64,000 nucleotides of DNA from Nitrospirota bacterium (GTDB lineage Bacteria; Nitrospirota; UBA9217): contig OY760142.1 of NCBI GenBank assembly GCA_963663225.1, positions 448,001 to 512,000 on the forward strand, written 5' to 3'. Shown here one piece after another: positions 42,009 through 50,214 of this stretch; positions within the stretch are counted from its first letter, which is position 1, and the number at the start of each line of letters is the position of its first letter. Below the pieces are notes generated by a model that saw nothing but the letters and a program-made list of their open reading frames with translations, was not told the origin of the DNA and did no database searches. The position numbers and the translations under genes are program-made.

Positions 42009-43027
42009 CAGCTTCCTTTCTTGCCGTGAACATTGGGGAAAAAGAGGTCTTTCCAGTTCTTCGGTTTTGTTTTGATCGATCCTGTTTGGTACATGAAATC
42101 CGAAAACTTCGTGATGTTAAGAGGCGTGGTTGTATAACTGAGTGAAGGATGGTTTATCTGCGCGAACAGATCATTCGGGCTTTCCTTCGTTTTGCTCGAT
42201 TTGATATAAATATCCACCGCTGCACGTTTGTTCTTTTGAATAAACGAGATGGCCTCCTCAAGCGCAGCAAAGACAGCAGCGTATGTGTTTGGATTTGCTT
42301 CATAAAATGTCTTTGTTGTGGAAAGCACATTAAACGTGTGCGGCCCTCCTAGGACGTCGAATGAGTTCAACACGGTATGCACCCGTTTGTCATCCAGTTC
42401 CTGGAACATGAATGGAGGGCTGGTCAGATGTGCGATAACCTCCGACCTGCCGGACAGGAGAGCGGCCATTCCATCAGGATGTTTCATTGAAACAGTTAAA
42501 CGGTCTAGTCTGGCATAATTCTGATTGCCGAATGCCTTTGCAGCGGCCATCTGCAGAACGATTGCCTGGATGGATACTTTAACGGTCGGCAGCGCAATCC
42601 GGTCTTTGTCGGTAAAATCATTGATTGATTTAATCGCAGCATTATTGGTATTCAGATAGAGAGGAGAACTGTCCAAAGCAGCCACCCCCTTGACTTTACC
42701 GTTGGTCTTCGCCCAAAGTATGATCAACGGAGCTACCCCGCTTGAAACGTAATCCACACTTCCTGAGAGAAGAGCATCATTGACCGCTCCGCCTCCGCCA
42801 AGCGTAGCCCAAATTACCTTAATATCGCCCAATCCTGATGCCTTCGCATGCTTTTCTACGAGTTTCTGCTCTTCCATAACAATAAGAGGCAGGTACCCTA
42901 ATCCGTACTGCTTTGCTATGCGCACTTGTGTCACTTCTGCTGCCGCGATTGGTATCATGACTGCCAACATCATGATTGACAGCATAAGTGATCCCAATAT
43001 TCTGTAAATATGTTTTATTTTAGACAT
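42008..43027 (-). CDS. Sulfonate-type ABC substrate-binding protein
   Basis: Signal peptide; QYGLGYLPL, NDALLSG, IALP.VKVS.QA motifs. Confidence 0.85.
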   Translation of the reverse strand: MSKIKHIYRILGSLMLSIMMLAVMIPIAAAEVTQVRIAKQYGLGYLPLIVMEEQKLVEKHAKASGLGDIKVIWATLGGGGAVNDALLSGSVDYVSSGVAPLIILWAKTNGKVKGVAALDSSPLYLNTNNAAIKSINDFTDKDRIALPTVKVSIQAIVLQMAAAKAFGNQNYARLDRLTVSMKHPDGMAALLSGRSEVIAHLTSPPFMFQELDDKRVHTVLNSFDVLGGPHTFNVLSTTKTFYEANPNTYAAVFAALEEAISFIQKNKRAAVDIYIKSSKTKESPNDLFAQINHPSLSYTTTPLNITKFSDFMYQTGSIKTKPKNWKDLFFPNVHGKKGS

Positions 43028-43502
43028 ATTTTTTTTCCTTTCGCGTAATTTTATCGAGATGCTTGAAATAGGGCCGTGCGGTTTCTTCCTCAGACTTCCG
43101 TGCCGAGAATGTTTGATCGATCACCTCGTCTGGAGTGATGATCCAAACAGCAGCGAGGTCCGCATCCTCCAGCGTTTCCCTCACTTTTGTGTAGTATTTC
43201 CGGAACACGGGTCCGGCAACATGCGCTTTGACCGGCCGGCCTTTAATCTGATAGCTGATGTCATCCTCTCCATAAATCGACACCGCAACATTCCGGCCGA
43301 ACCAGATGCTTCTCACCATGTTTTTGTTGCTTTTTGACGATTCCAGCAGCTCAAGGCACACAAGATTTCCATCTTTATCAGCATGGATCGATTGTTTAAC
43401 AACTGCATGGGGATTACCGTTCTCATCCGAGGTGGCCAGAACTTTGACCGTGGATTTATCTTCCAACAGCTTCGCAATAGACTGAGTAATTTTTTGTGGC
43501 AT
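43020..43502 (-). CDS. Pyridoxamine 5'-phosphate oxidase-like FMN-binding protein
   Basis: KVLATSDENGNPH, SYQIKG; start at the ATG after AAGGAG. Confidence 0.75.
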   Translation of the reverse strand: MPQKITQSIAKLLEDKSTVKVLATSDENGNPHAVVKQSIHADKDGNLVCLELLESSKSNKNMVRSIWFGRNVAVSIYGEDDISYQIKGRPVKAHVAGPVFRKYYTKVRETLEDADLAAVWIITPDEVIDQTFSARKSEEETARPYFKHLDKITRKEKKYV

Positions 43503-43515
43503 CTTTCTCCTTTCC

Positions 43516-44769
43516 TTATAACAACCGTGCGAGATCGGAATTGGGATGATTGCCGCAACGGCGGTAATCATCGAAATCAAGGCCTACGTTGTACTTTTTC
43601 TGTTGTTCATGCAGACCTTTAGTCAACCGAATGAAATACTCCAGTGAAGGATTTTTCTGACCGGCAAAGAATGAACCGGGACGCGGTATCCATACCGTAA
43701 AAACAGTTCCAACACCACGCTCGGCAAGAGACTCGGCCTCTGCAAGCGTTGCAGCCAAGGCATCATCTTCGTTTTTAAAGCCGTGAGGCCTCGCCATTTC
43801 AGCTCCGGCCACAATACAGGTGTCCACCATGCCCCTTCCAAAAACATCAACTGCTCCTATCAAACGGTTTTTCCATTCCTGATACCCAACCCATTTCGCT
43901 TTTCCAGGGCAGATCCAGTTAAATGCTTTTTCGTCCAGGATTTCAATATCAGACGTATAGCTCAGTAAGCCCGTTTCTTGATGGAGCCGTTCGAGCTGTT
44001 TAACGGTAAAGGCCGTGGCTATCAATTGGCTCGGAAACTTGGGCACGGCAAAAGCATCTCCTACAGCCTTAAGCAAATCAATATAATATTGTACTTCAGC
44101 ATCGAATGGTTCCGGACCATGCGGATTCGATCCGGAGGTAAGGCAGACCGCGCTGAATCGACCCGGTTCTTTCAACGCTTCCCTGGTTGTTTCTGTAACA
44201 TCCGCAGGCTTTATCCGCGTGGGCAATCCTATTTCGCTTTTCTGCTTTTTTAGGTTGTTCACAATATCGCAAAATCGGCATTCTTCGCCGTCTTTCCAAA
44301 AGTGGCAAAACCGGTCCGCCATTATATAGAGGCGTTGCGGCCGTGAACTCGCCACATGCTGCATAAGCACGCCTGAACTCGTTTTTTTATCGTAGTAAAA
44401 GGGTTTTGGCCAGAACTCTACCTCTTCTATGGTTTCCTCATCATCAATCAGAACCAGTTTCCCTTCGCGGTAATCCACAATATACGGATTCTCAGCAATA
44501 GACGTAGGCGTCGATATGACCGATGTGCCGTCGCGAAGCAAAAGCGATTCAGGACGATGGGTAAGTTTGCCGTCCCTCGTGCCGAAAATATGTGTGCCGC
44601 CGGTCTGGTGAAGCGCGGGATCGACCCGGTCGAGAGCCCGGTCCGTGTAATAGACGCCCCGGCGGTGTACATCTGTCTTGATGATGATCAACCGCGGTAT
44701 TTCAGGATATTTATCCGCCACTTCCTGTAATGTCAGTTCCTGTCTTCCGAGAGACAACAGTATTGCCAT
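43516..44769 (-). CDS. Uncharacterised radical SAM protein (C-x8-C-x2-C)
   Basis: CHFWKDGEECRFC, LTSGS, ICPGK, C-terminal YRRCGNH. Confidence 0.75.
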   Translation of the reverse strand: MAILLSLGRQELTLQEVADKYPEIPRLIIIKTDVHRRGVYYTDRALDRVDPALHQTGGTHIFGTRDGKLTHRPESLLLRDGTSVISTPTSIAENPYIVDYREGKLVLIDDEETIEEVEFWPKPFYYDKKTSSGVLMQHVASSRPQRLYIMADRFCHFWKDGEECRFCDIVNNLKKQKSEIGLPTRIKPADVTETTREALKEPGRFSAVCLTSGSNPHGPEPFDAEVQYYIDLLKAVGDAFAVPKFPSQLIATAFTVKQLERLHQETGLLSYTSDIEILDEKAFNWICPGKAKWVGYQEWKNRLIGAVDVFGRGMVDTCIVAGAEMARPHGFKNEDDALAATLAEAESLAERGVGTVFTVWIPRPGSFFAGQKNPSLEYFIRLTKGLHEQQKKYNVGLDFDDYRRCGNHPNSDLARLL

Positions 44770-44835
44770 GATGGCCTCCAGTAGTTTTTATTGTGTTCAT
44801 GATTCCTGTTTTGAATCCTATACAGCCAAGCCGAC

Positions 44836-44911
44836 AAAAATAGCTGACCGAATCAACAGAGAGCACAGGGGATTTACGTCACCCTTGTCGCCTCCAGTTG
44901 ACTGGTCAGCT
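44836..44911 (-). ncRNA. Putative attenuator leader RNA, copy A
   Basis: GCTGACCAGTCAACTGGAGGC...GTTGATTCGGTCAGCTATTTTT; near-duplicate at 48842-48915. Confidence 0.6.
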
Positions 44912-45013
44912 TCCTGAAGATGTTTATTTAAAATGCCACTTTGAGTATTACAAACGTGTATTAATAAATAATTTCCTCTTACAGAATAAATAATAAATTT
45001 CTTATTTATTATG

Positions 45014-45331
45014 TTATATGCAACCCGTAGGTTTTGGGAGTCCGGCCACTTTATAAACACCTCGAATGCAGCTACAAGAAAACAGTGCGCGAATTTCTTT
45101 AAAGGTAAAACCTGTCTCTTTACAAAGTTTTCGTGTCATAGGTGCAGAGCCAAATTTATTGAAATAATCACGCAAGTAATAAATCACTTTCCAGTGATCC
45201 GGCGTCAACAGGTAAATTTTATCGAGCGCTGCCAGGTATGCAGCAATTTCGACAGTCCAGTCATTTAACTCTATGAGAAATCCATCTTCGTCGATTTCAA
45301 TGTTCATTTTATTCACCTCCATAGCATCCAC
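45014..45331 (-). CDS. TusE/DsrC-family sulfur relay protein
   Basis: DEDGFL, LTPDHW.VI.YLR, C-terminal AGLPKPTGCI. Confidence 0.88.
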   Translation of the reverse strand: MDAMEVNKMNIEIDEDGFLIELNDWTVEIAAYLAALDKIYLLTPDHWKVIYYLRDYFNKFGSAPMTRKLCKETGFTFKEIRALFSCSCIRGVYKVAGLPKPTGCI

Positions 45332-45475
45332 ACAGAGTTATCCTCCTGACTGATTGCCTTTAAAACGTGCATAAAAGCGATGCTCATCACAAAAAAAACC
45401 CGGCTTGAACTATACAAACCGTTTCGTCAAAAAAATGATTCAGTTGGTTTAAAGGCACTATATTTAAAAGCCTCC

Positions 45476-45805
45476 TCAGACTTTCTGTATCAGCAGAACC
45501 CAATGATCTTTGATTTTTTCCCGGTTCAAGACGATGTTCCCCTGCTGCACCACCGACGCGGGAACACTTTCCGCCGGAACTCCGTCATCAAGCAAGACTT
45601 CAAGTATTTCGCCTGATTTCATGGAAGCCAAGTCGAGTTTTATTTTTACGAAGTTCATGGGACAGACAACCCCACGATAATCCTTGAACCGACCTGCGGT
45701 ATTGGTGGATTTTGCAGCTACCATCTGTTTCGTTTCAGCAGTCGCTTCCGCATTTGCCTTAACCTCGTCGGATTCATTCCTTCGCAAATTTTTAGGACCG
45801 ATCAT
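45476..45805 (-). CDS. TusA/SirA-family sulfurtransferase domain protein
   Basis: DYRGVVCPMNFVKIKL and LDDG.P.ESVP motifs. Confidence 0.8.
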   Translation of the reverse strand: MIGPKNLRRNESDEVKANAEATAETKQMVAAKSTNTAGRFKDYRGVVCPMNFVKIKLDLASMKSGEILEVLLDDGVPAESVPASVVQQGNIVLNREKIKDHWVLLIQKV

Positions 45806-46203
45806 TAATCTATTACCTCCAGGTCTTCATTCTCTACTATGCCATTTCTTATTTTGAATGCCTTCACTTGTTCCTTTCTTTCTGCAAGTGATACGATGAC
45901 ATAACTGACGCAGGGATCGACGGCAAGTTTTATATCCTCTCTAGATGGCCGAGCAGGTGTTGTCGGATGTGAGTGATATACTGCCAGGAGGGTCAAACCC
46001 CGTACACGAACTTTTTTTAAAACAGAGAACTGTTCCCGAACGTCGAACGTAAAATGTTCAAAAGAATTGTCAATATTTTTCATTTTATGATGAACACTAA
46101 TAATCCCGCCATCACCTGCGAGATAACCGCAAGCTTCAATCGGCAGTTCCTCCCGTGCATGTGCAAGAATATTTTCCAGCACGCTTCTATATATCTTGAG
46201 CAT
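45805..46203 (-). CDS. JAB/M67 metalloprotease (Mec/HcyD-like)
   Basis: EACGYL and YHSHP...ARPS.ED (JAMM motif). Confidence 0.9.
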   Translation of the reverse strand: MLKIYRSVLENILAHAREELPIEACGYLAGDGGIISVHHKMKNIDNSFEHFTFDVREQFSVLKKVRVRGLTLLAVYHSHPTTPARPSREDIKLAVDPCVSYVIVSLAERKEQVKAFKIRNGIVENEDLEVID

Positions 46204-46207
46204 CTCT

Positions 46208-47017
46208 TTATCCTTTTTTCAAGTCACAGACTGCCTGTTCTCCGTCTACAAGCTCATGTATGCTCGGTCTTTCACCGCACACCGGGCAGTGATCGTTCTT
46301 CTTCACAGCCACTTTGCGAAAATCCATTTTTTTTGCATCAAAATGAAGCAGACTGTTATAAAGCGGCATACCTGCACCCGTTATATATTTCAATGCCTCT
46401 GTAGCCTGGATTGTTCCCAGCATACCCCCAATTGCTCCTAAGACTCCGGCGGAAGAACACGTGGGCACACTGTTTGTGGGTGGCGGCTGTTCAAATATGC
46501 AGCGATAACAGGCAGTTTCGCCCGGTTTAACAGTTATGGCCTGCCCGGAAAAGCGCAGAATACCCCCATGAGAAAACGGTATTCGGTTCAATACGCAGGC
46601 ATCGTTAATAAGAAATTTCGATGCAAAATTATCCGTGCCGTCAACAACAAAATCATATTCCCGAATGATAGCTGAAATATTCGCAGCACATAAATACTCT
46701 TTATACACGTTAACCCGTACATGAGGATTTATTGCCTGTATTTTTGCGGCGGCCGAAACGGCCTTGGCAGAACCGACATCCGATGTAAAGTGAACAATCT
46801 GCCTCTGCAGATTGGATATTTCCACATTATCGGCATCCGCAATCCCAATGGTACCCACGCCAGCTGCGGCAAGATAGAGCGCAACCGGCGAGCCGAGCCC
46901 TCCAGCGCCGATAATAAGTACCCGGGCTGAGCTGATTTTTTCCTGACCATCTATCCCCACTTCTTCAAGAATAATATGCCTGCTATAGCGCTCAAGATAT
47001 TCCTCGCTGACTTCCAT
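46208..47017 (-). CDS. MoeB/ThiF adenylyltransferase (HcyF-like)
   Basis: RYSRH, GAGGLG, SNLQRQ, DGTDNF, CYRC...CPVC motifs. Confidence 0.92.
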   Translation of the reverse strand: MEVSEEYLERYSRHIILEEVGIDGQEKISSARVLIIGAGGLGSPVALYLAAAGVGTIGIADADNVEISNLQRQIVHFTSDVGSAKAVSAAAKIQAINPHVRVNVYKEYLCAANISAIIREYDFVVDGTDNFASKFLINDACVLNRIPFSHGGILRFSGQAITVKPGETACYRCIFEQPPPTNSVPTCSSAGVLGAIGGMLGTIQATEALKYITGAGMPLYNSLLHFDAKKMDFRKVAVKKNDHCPVCGERPSIHELVDGEQAVCDLKKG

Positions 47018-47019
47018 TT

Positions 47020-48255
47020 CTATCCTTTCATCGCAAGAGCCTGTTCAATATCATGGATTAGGTCCTCTCTGTCTTCAATCCCCACACTCATCCTAATCAA
47101 CGAGTCACTGACGCCTGCAGATTGTTTTTCCTGCTCGCTCAATTGCGCCATGATAGTCGATCCGGCATGTATACAGAGTGTTTTATTATCATGCAGATTC
47201 GTTGATCTTCGTATAATCTGGAGAGCATTAATAAATGCAAAACAGTCACTCCGTGATTTCAACTCAAAACTGACTACACAGCCTGGAAAAAGCAGAAATT
47301 GTTTTTGTGCAATGCCATAAAACCGTGACTTCCTAAGTCCTGGGTAATGAACCGTTACGACTTCTTTTTTTCCCGCAAGGTACTCCGCGATATCCCGCGC
47401 GTTTGAACAAGCCCGTTCCATTCTTAGTGCTAGCGTTTCAAGTCCTAGAGACAACAGGTAGGCATTGTGTGGGGCCAAGCATCCGCCAAGATATCTGCTA
47501 ATTTGTTTTCTAATTTTTGCTATCAAAGCAAATGGACCAAATTTTTTTGCATACTGGGCAAGCATTCTGTTGTTGTTCCAGTCATAGCTTCCATTATCAA
47601 TAATAAGCCCTCCCAATACTGTTGCGCCGCCGGAGATGGCCTTTGTTGCCGACAGCACTTCAATATCAACTCCATAATCTTTTGAATTGAAAAGATAAGG
47701 AGGTGTCATGGTCGTATCTGCGATAAGAACCAAATTATATTTCTTTGCAAGTTCCGAAAAAGCTCCGATATCCGGCACAGTAAGAAGGGGATTTGAGATC
47801 GTCTCAACATACAGTGCTCGCGTATGATCGTCGATAAGTGCTTCGCACCCTTTCAGATCCAAGGGATCTATAAAACGTACTTCTATGCCAAGTTCTCCTA
47901 ATGTGTCCTTAAAAAAAGAATACGTATCGCCGAAGAGAAACTTGCTTGCAATCAGGTTGTCCCCCGCTCCGGCTACCGCCAAAATTGCGTTCGTAATAGC
48001 AGCCATGCCCGAAGACAATGCAGCGACTGCAGAGGACCCTGTCACATTTTTAATACGCCGTTCGAAGTCCTCAACTGTCGGATTAGTAATCCGGGTATAT
48101 GCGTGAGCATTTTTCCGTCCCAAAAAAGCCGCTTCCATTTCCTCAGCACTTTCGAGTTCGAAAGAAACACAGTCATATACCGGCATTCTGAGTGCTCCAT
48201 GCCGATCAACAGTAGAAAATGGTGAATGAATTGCCTTTGTAGTAAAACCAATCAT
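47020..48255 (-). CDS. O-acylhomoserine sulfhydrylase-like PLP enzyme
   Basis: YTRITNPT, SSGMAA, ETISNP, SATK, TNL.DNKTL motifs. Confidence 0.85.
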   Translation of the reverse strand: MIGFTTKAIHSPFSTVDRHGALRMPVYDCVSFELESAEEMEAAFLGRKNAHAYTRITNPTVEDFERRIKNVTGSSAVAALSSGMAAITNAILAVAGAGDNLIASKFLFGDTYSFFKDTLGELGIEVRFIDPLDLKGCEALIDDHTRALYVETISNPLLTVPDIGAFSELAKKYNLVLIADTTMTPPYLFNSKDYGVDIEVLSATKAISGGATVLGGLIIDNGSYDWNNNRMLAQYAKKFGPFALIAKIRKQISRYLGGCLAPHNAYLLSLGLETLALRMERACSNARDIAEYLAGKKEVVTVHYPGLRKSRFYGIAQKQFLLFPGCVVSFELKSRSDCFAFINALQIIRRSTNLHDNKTLCIHAGSTIMAQLSEQEKQSAGVSDSLIRMSVGIEDREDLIHDIEQALAMKG

Positions 48256-48473
48256 ACAATCTCACTCTCCCCGCCGCCCATAAAATACACAAACTCCACC
48301 TCATCCCCATCTTTCAAAAGTGTTGCTAAAAATCGTTCCTTCTTTACAAAAGCACCGTTCACCTGTACCGCAACGGTATCGAGATTCTTAACCCGCTCAA
48401 TCACAAGCAATTCGGAAACAGGGATCTCCTTTTTCTCTATGTTTCGCTGCTGACCATTTATCTTGATATTCAA
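48252..48473 (-). CDS. ThiS-like sulfur carrier with C-terminal extension (HcyS-like)
   Basis: Ends VEFVYFMGG-GESEIV; TTG start after GGAGG. Confidence 0.85.
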   Translation of the reverse strand: MNIKINGQQRNIEKKEIPVSELLVIERVKNLDTVAVQVNGAFVKKERFLATLLKDGDEVEFVYFMGGGESEIV

Positions 48474-48485
48474 TTTCTAGCCTCC

Positions 48486-48660
48486 TCAGCCTATATCTTT
48501 TGCTTCCCAATGCGGAAACCATTTTCGCACAAAAGCATTTAATTCCCGTTTAAACTCATCGCGCCGCGTTGTACTGTCCATCGGACTTCCGTCGACCGCT
48601 GCTAGTGATGCAACAATGATTCTATCGCCGGTAATCTGATGATTATCCACGATTACTCAT
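48486..48660 (-). pseudogene. cysN: Remnant of sulfate adenylyltransferase subunit 1 (C-terminus only)
   Basis: RBS-ATG (MSNRG*) is out of frame with VIVDNHQITG...ELNAFVRKWFPHWEAKDIG*, which resembles the CysN C-terminus as I recall it (ELNALVR.HFPHW.A.D). Confidence 0.7.
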
Positions 48661-48841
48661 CCTCCTGTCTTATCAAAATCACTGAACAGATCAAAGGTAA
48701 AGGATGCAGAACCTTAGCTTGCAGATAGCGATGCAACTCTCAATTACATGTTTTCCCCACATTTCTGTCTATATTAGATTCTCTTTTTTAAATATTGGGT
48801 TGTCCATCCCAAAAACTAGCACTACTTTTTCTCCTGAAAAT

Positions 48842-48915
48842 AAAAAAGCTGACCAAATCAACAATTAGCACAGGGGATTTACTACACCCTTGTAGCCTCC
48901 AGTTGACTGGTCAGC
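48842..48915 (-). ncRNA. Putative attenuator leader RNA, copy B
   Basis: GCTGACCAGTCAACTGGAGGC...GTTGATTTGGTCAGCTTTTTT, just downstream of yezD. Confidence 0.62.
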
Positions 48916-48995
48916 CGATAATTAGTGTTGCGTTGATATAGTATGTGGCAGTGTGTCTGCTGGTTTTTATCCTTTGCAGAAGTAAAAATTATTCT

Positions 48996-49187
48996 TCATA
49001 TTTGATAATCCCACGAGTTGTACTTGTCATATCTTATTTTTTCTGTTTTATCAATCTGCACTACCTTGGAATCGTGGATAGTTATTTCGACACTTCCATA
49101 TTGCAGACTTTTGATGGCTTTCAAAATACTCAACAGAAGCTTTTTTTCATGGTTTTCAAGACTATTTATATCAGCCGTTTTTTGCAT
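48996..49187 (-). CDS. yezD: YezD/OscA (DUF2292) small sulfur-starvation protein
   Basis: LQYGSVEITIHDSKVVQIDKTEKIR. Confidence 0.85.
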   Translation of the reverse strand: MQKTADINSLENHEKKLLLSILKAIKSLQYGSVEITIHDSKVVQIDKTEKIRYDKYNSWDYQI

Positions 49188-49260
49188 TTAGATACTCACT
49201 TGTAAACTTCTGTCGATATTTATTAGTCTATGTTTCGTCATAAAATTCTGCTAATTATAT

Positions 49261-49276
49261 TGCAATAGACGTGCCA
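49261..49276 (-). promoter_or_regulatory. sigma54 promoter for the yezD operon
   Basis: TGGCACGTCTATTGCA on the minus strand. Confidence 0.82.
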
Positions 49277-49404
49277 CAAAAAAACTCTGAAATTCGGTGG
49301 TTTTCACAAGAGCACTATCTAACACTGATTAATTTATAAACAATATGTTAATAATATATACAGCTAAAACCAGTCCGTCAATAATGAGCAGGCCTCTTTT
49401 TGTT

Positions 49405-49674
49405 CTATCCACCAGATACAGCTGGGATTATTAAGAGCTCGTCTCCATCTTTTACTACCGTCTGTTCTGATTGTAAAAACCGTATGTCTTCTTCGTTTAT
49501 GTACAGACTGATAAATCTCCTGATTTTTCCATTTTCGCTAATTTTTCCCGCAAGACCGGGAAATTGTCGTTCAAGATTATCTATGATCTCTATCACGGTA
49601 CCGGGTGCGGCCAAAACTTCCTCCGTGCCGATAATACTCCGTAATGGAGCAGGTATTTTTATCTTCACAGTCAT
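49405..49674 (-). CDS. MoaD/CysO-like sulfur carrier
   Basis: KIPAPLR, IN.EDIRFL, ends IIPAVSGG. Confidence 0.88.
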   Translation of the reverse strand: MTVKIKIPAPLRSIIGTEEVLAAPGTVIEIIDNLERQFPGLAGKISENGKIRRFISLYINEEDIRFLQSEQTVVKDGDELLIIPAVSGG

Positions 49675-49711
49675 TTTAGACACCCTTACATGTCGGTCTG
49701 CATATTTTCCA

Positions 49712-50212
49712 TCAATATCGTCTTTGACGCCGTGCAGTGATGATTTCCGTGTTCATGCCTGCCCAGTGCAGTCCCCCAAGATACCGGCCATGTTCCATTT
49801 TTATACATTTATCCATGACTACGGAAAGCCCTGCGTCCAAGGCTTTCTCCGCAGCCTCGAAATTCACTATCTTTAATTGCAACCAGACGGCCTTTGCGCC
49901 AATCGCGATCGACTGCTCGACTATAGGCATCACTTCTGCTGACGGCCTGAAAATGTTCACGAGGTCAATTTTCTCAGGAACACATGTCAGGTTTGGATAA
50001 CATACTTGCTCCAAGATTTTACCTCCACGCGGACTTACGGGAATAACTCTGTAGCCTTCATACAGCAGATACGATCCTACAAAATAACTTGCTTTTTGGC
50101 GGTCTGATGAAAGACCTACTATTGCTATGGTTTTTGTAGTATTCAAGAGGCCGCAAATCGCATCGGTATTCTGATATCGTTCACGCTGTTCTGGTGTGAG
50201 CGTCGTATTCAT
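49712..50212 (-). CDS. CoA-binding protein
   Basis: IAIVGLS, DLVNIFRPS, AVWLQL, VMDKCIKMEH motifs. Confidence 0.85.
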   Translation of the reverse strand: MNTTLTPEQRERYQNTDAICGLLNTTKTIAIVGLSSDRQKASYFVGSYLLYEGYRVIPVSPRGGKILEQVCYPNLTCVPEKIDLVNIFRPSAEVMPIVEQSIAIGAKAVWLQLKIVNFEAAEKALDAGLSVVMDKCIKMEHGRYLGGLHWAGMNTEIITARRQRRY

Positions 50213-50214
50213 GC

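Noticed and set aside
45014-45331. Dissimilatory DsrC
   Set aside because: Lacks the second conserved Cys, and no dsrAB nearby.
45368-45386. sigma54 promoter upstream of the TusE-like gene
   Set aside because: The -24 GG is missing and the spacing is wrong.
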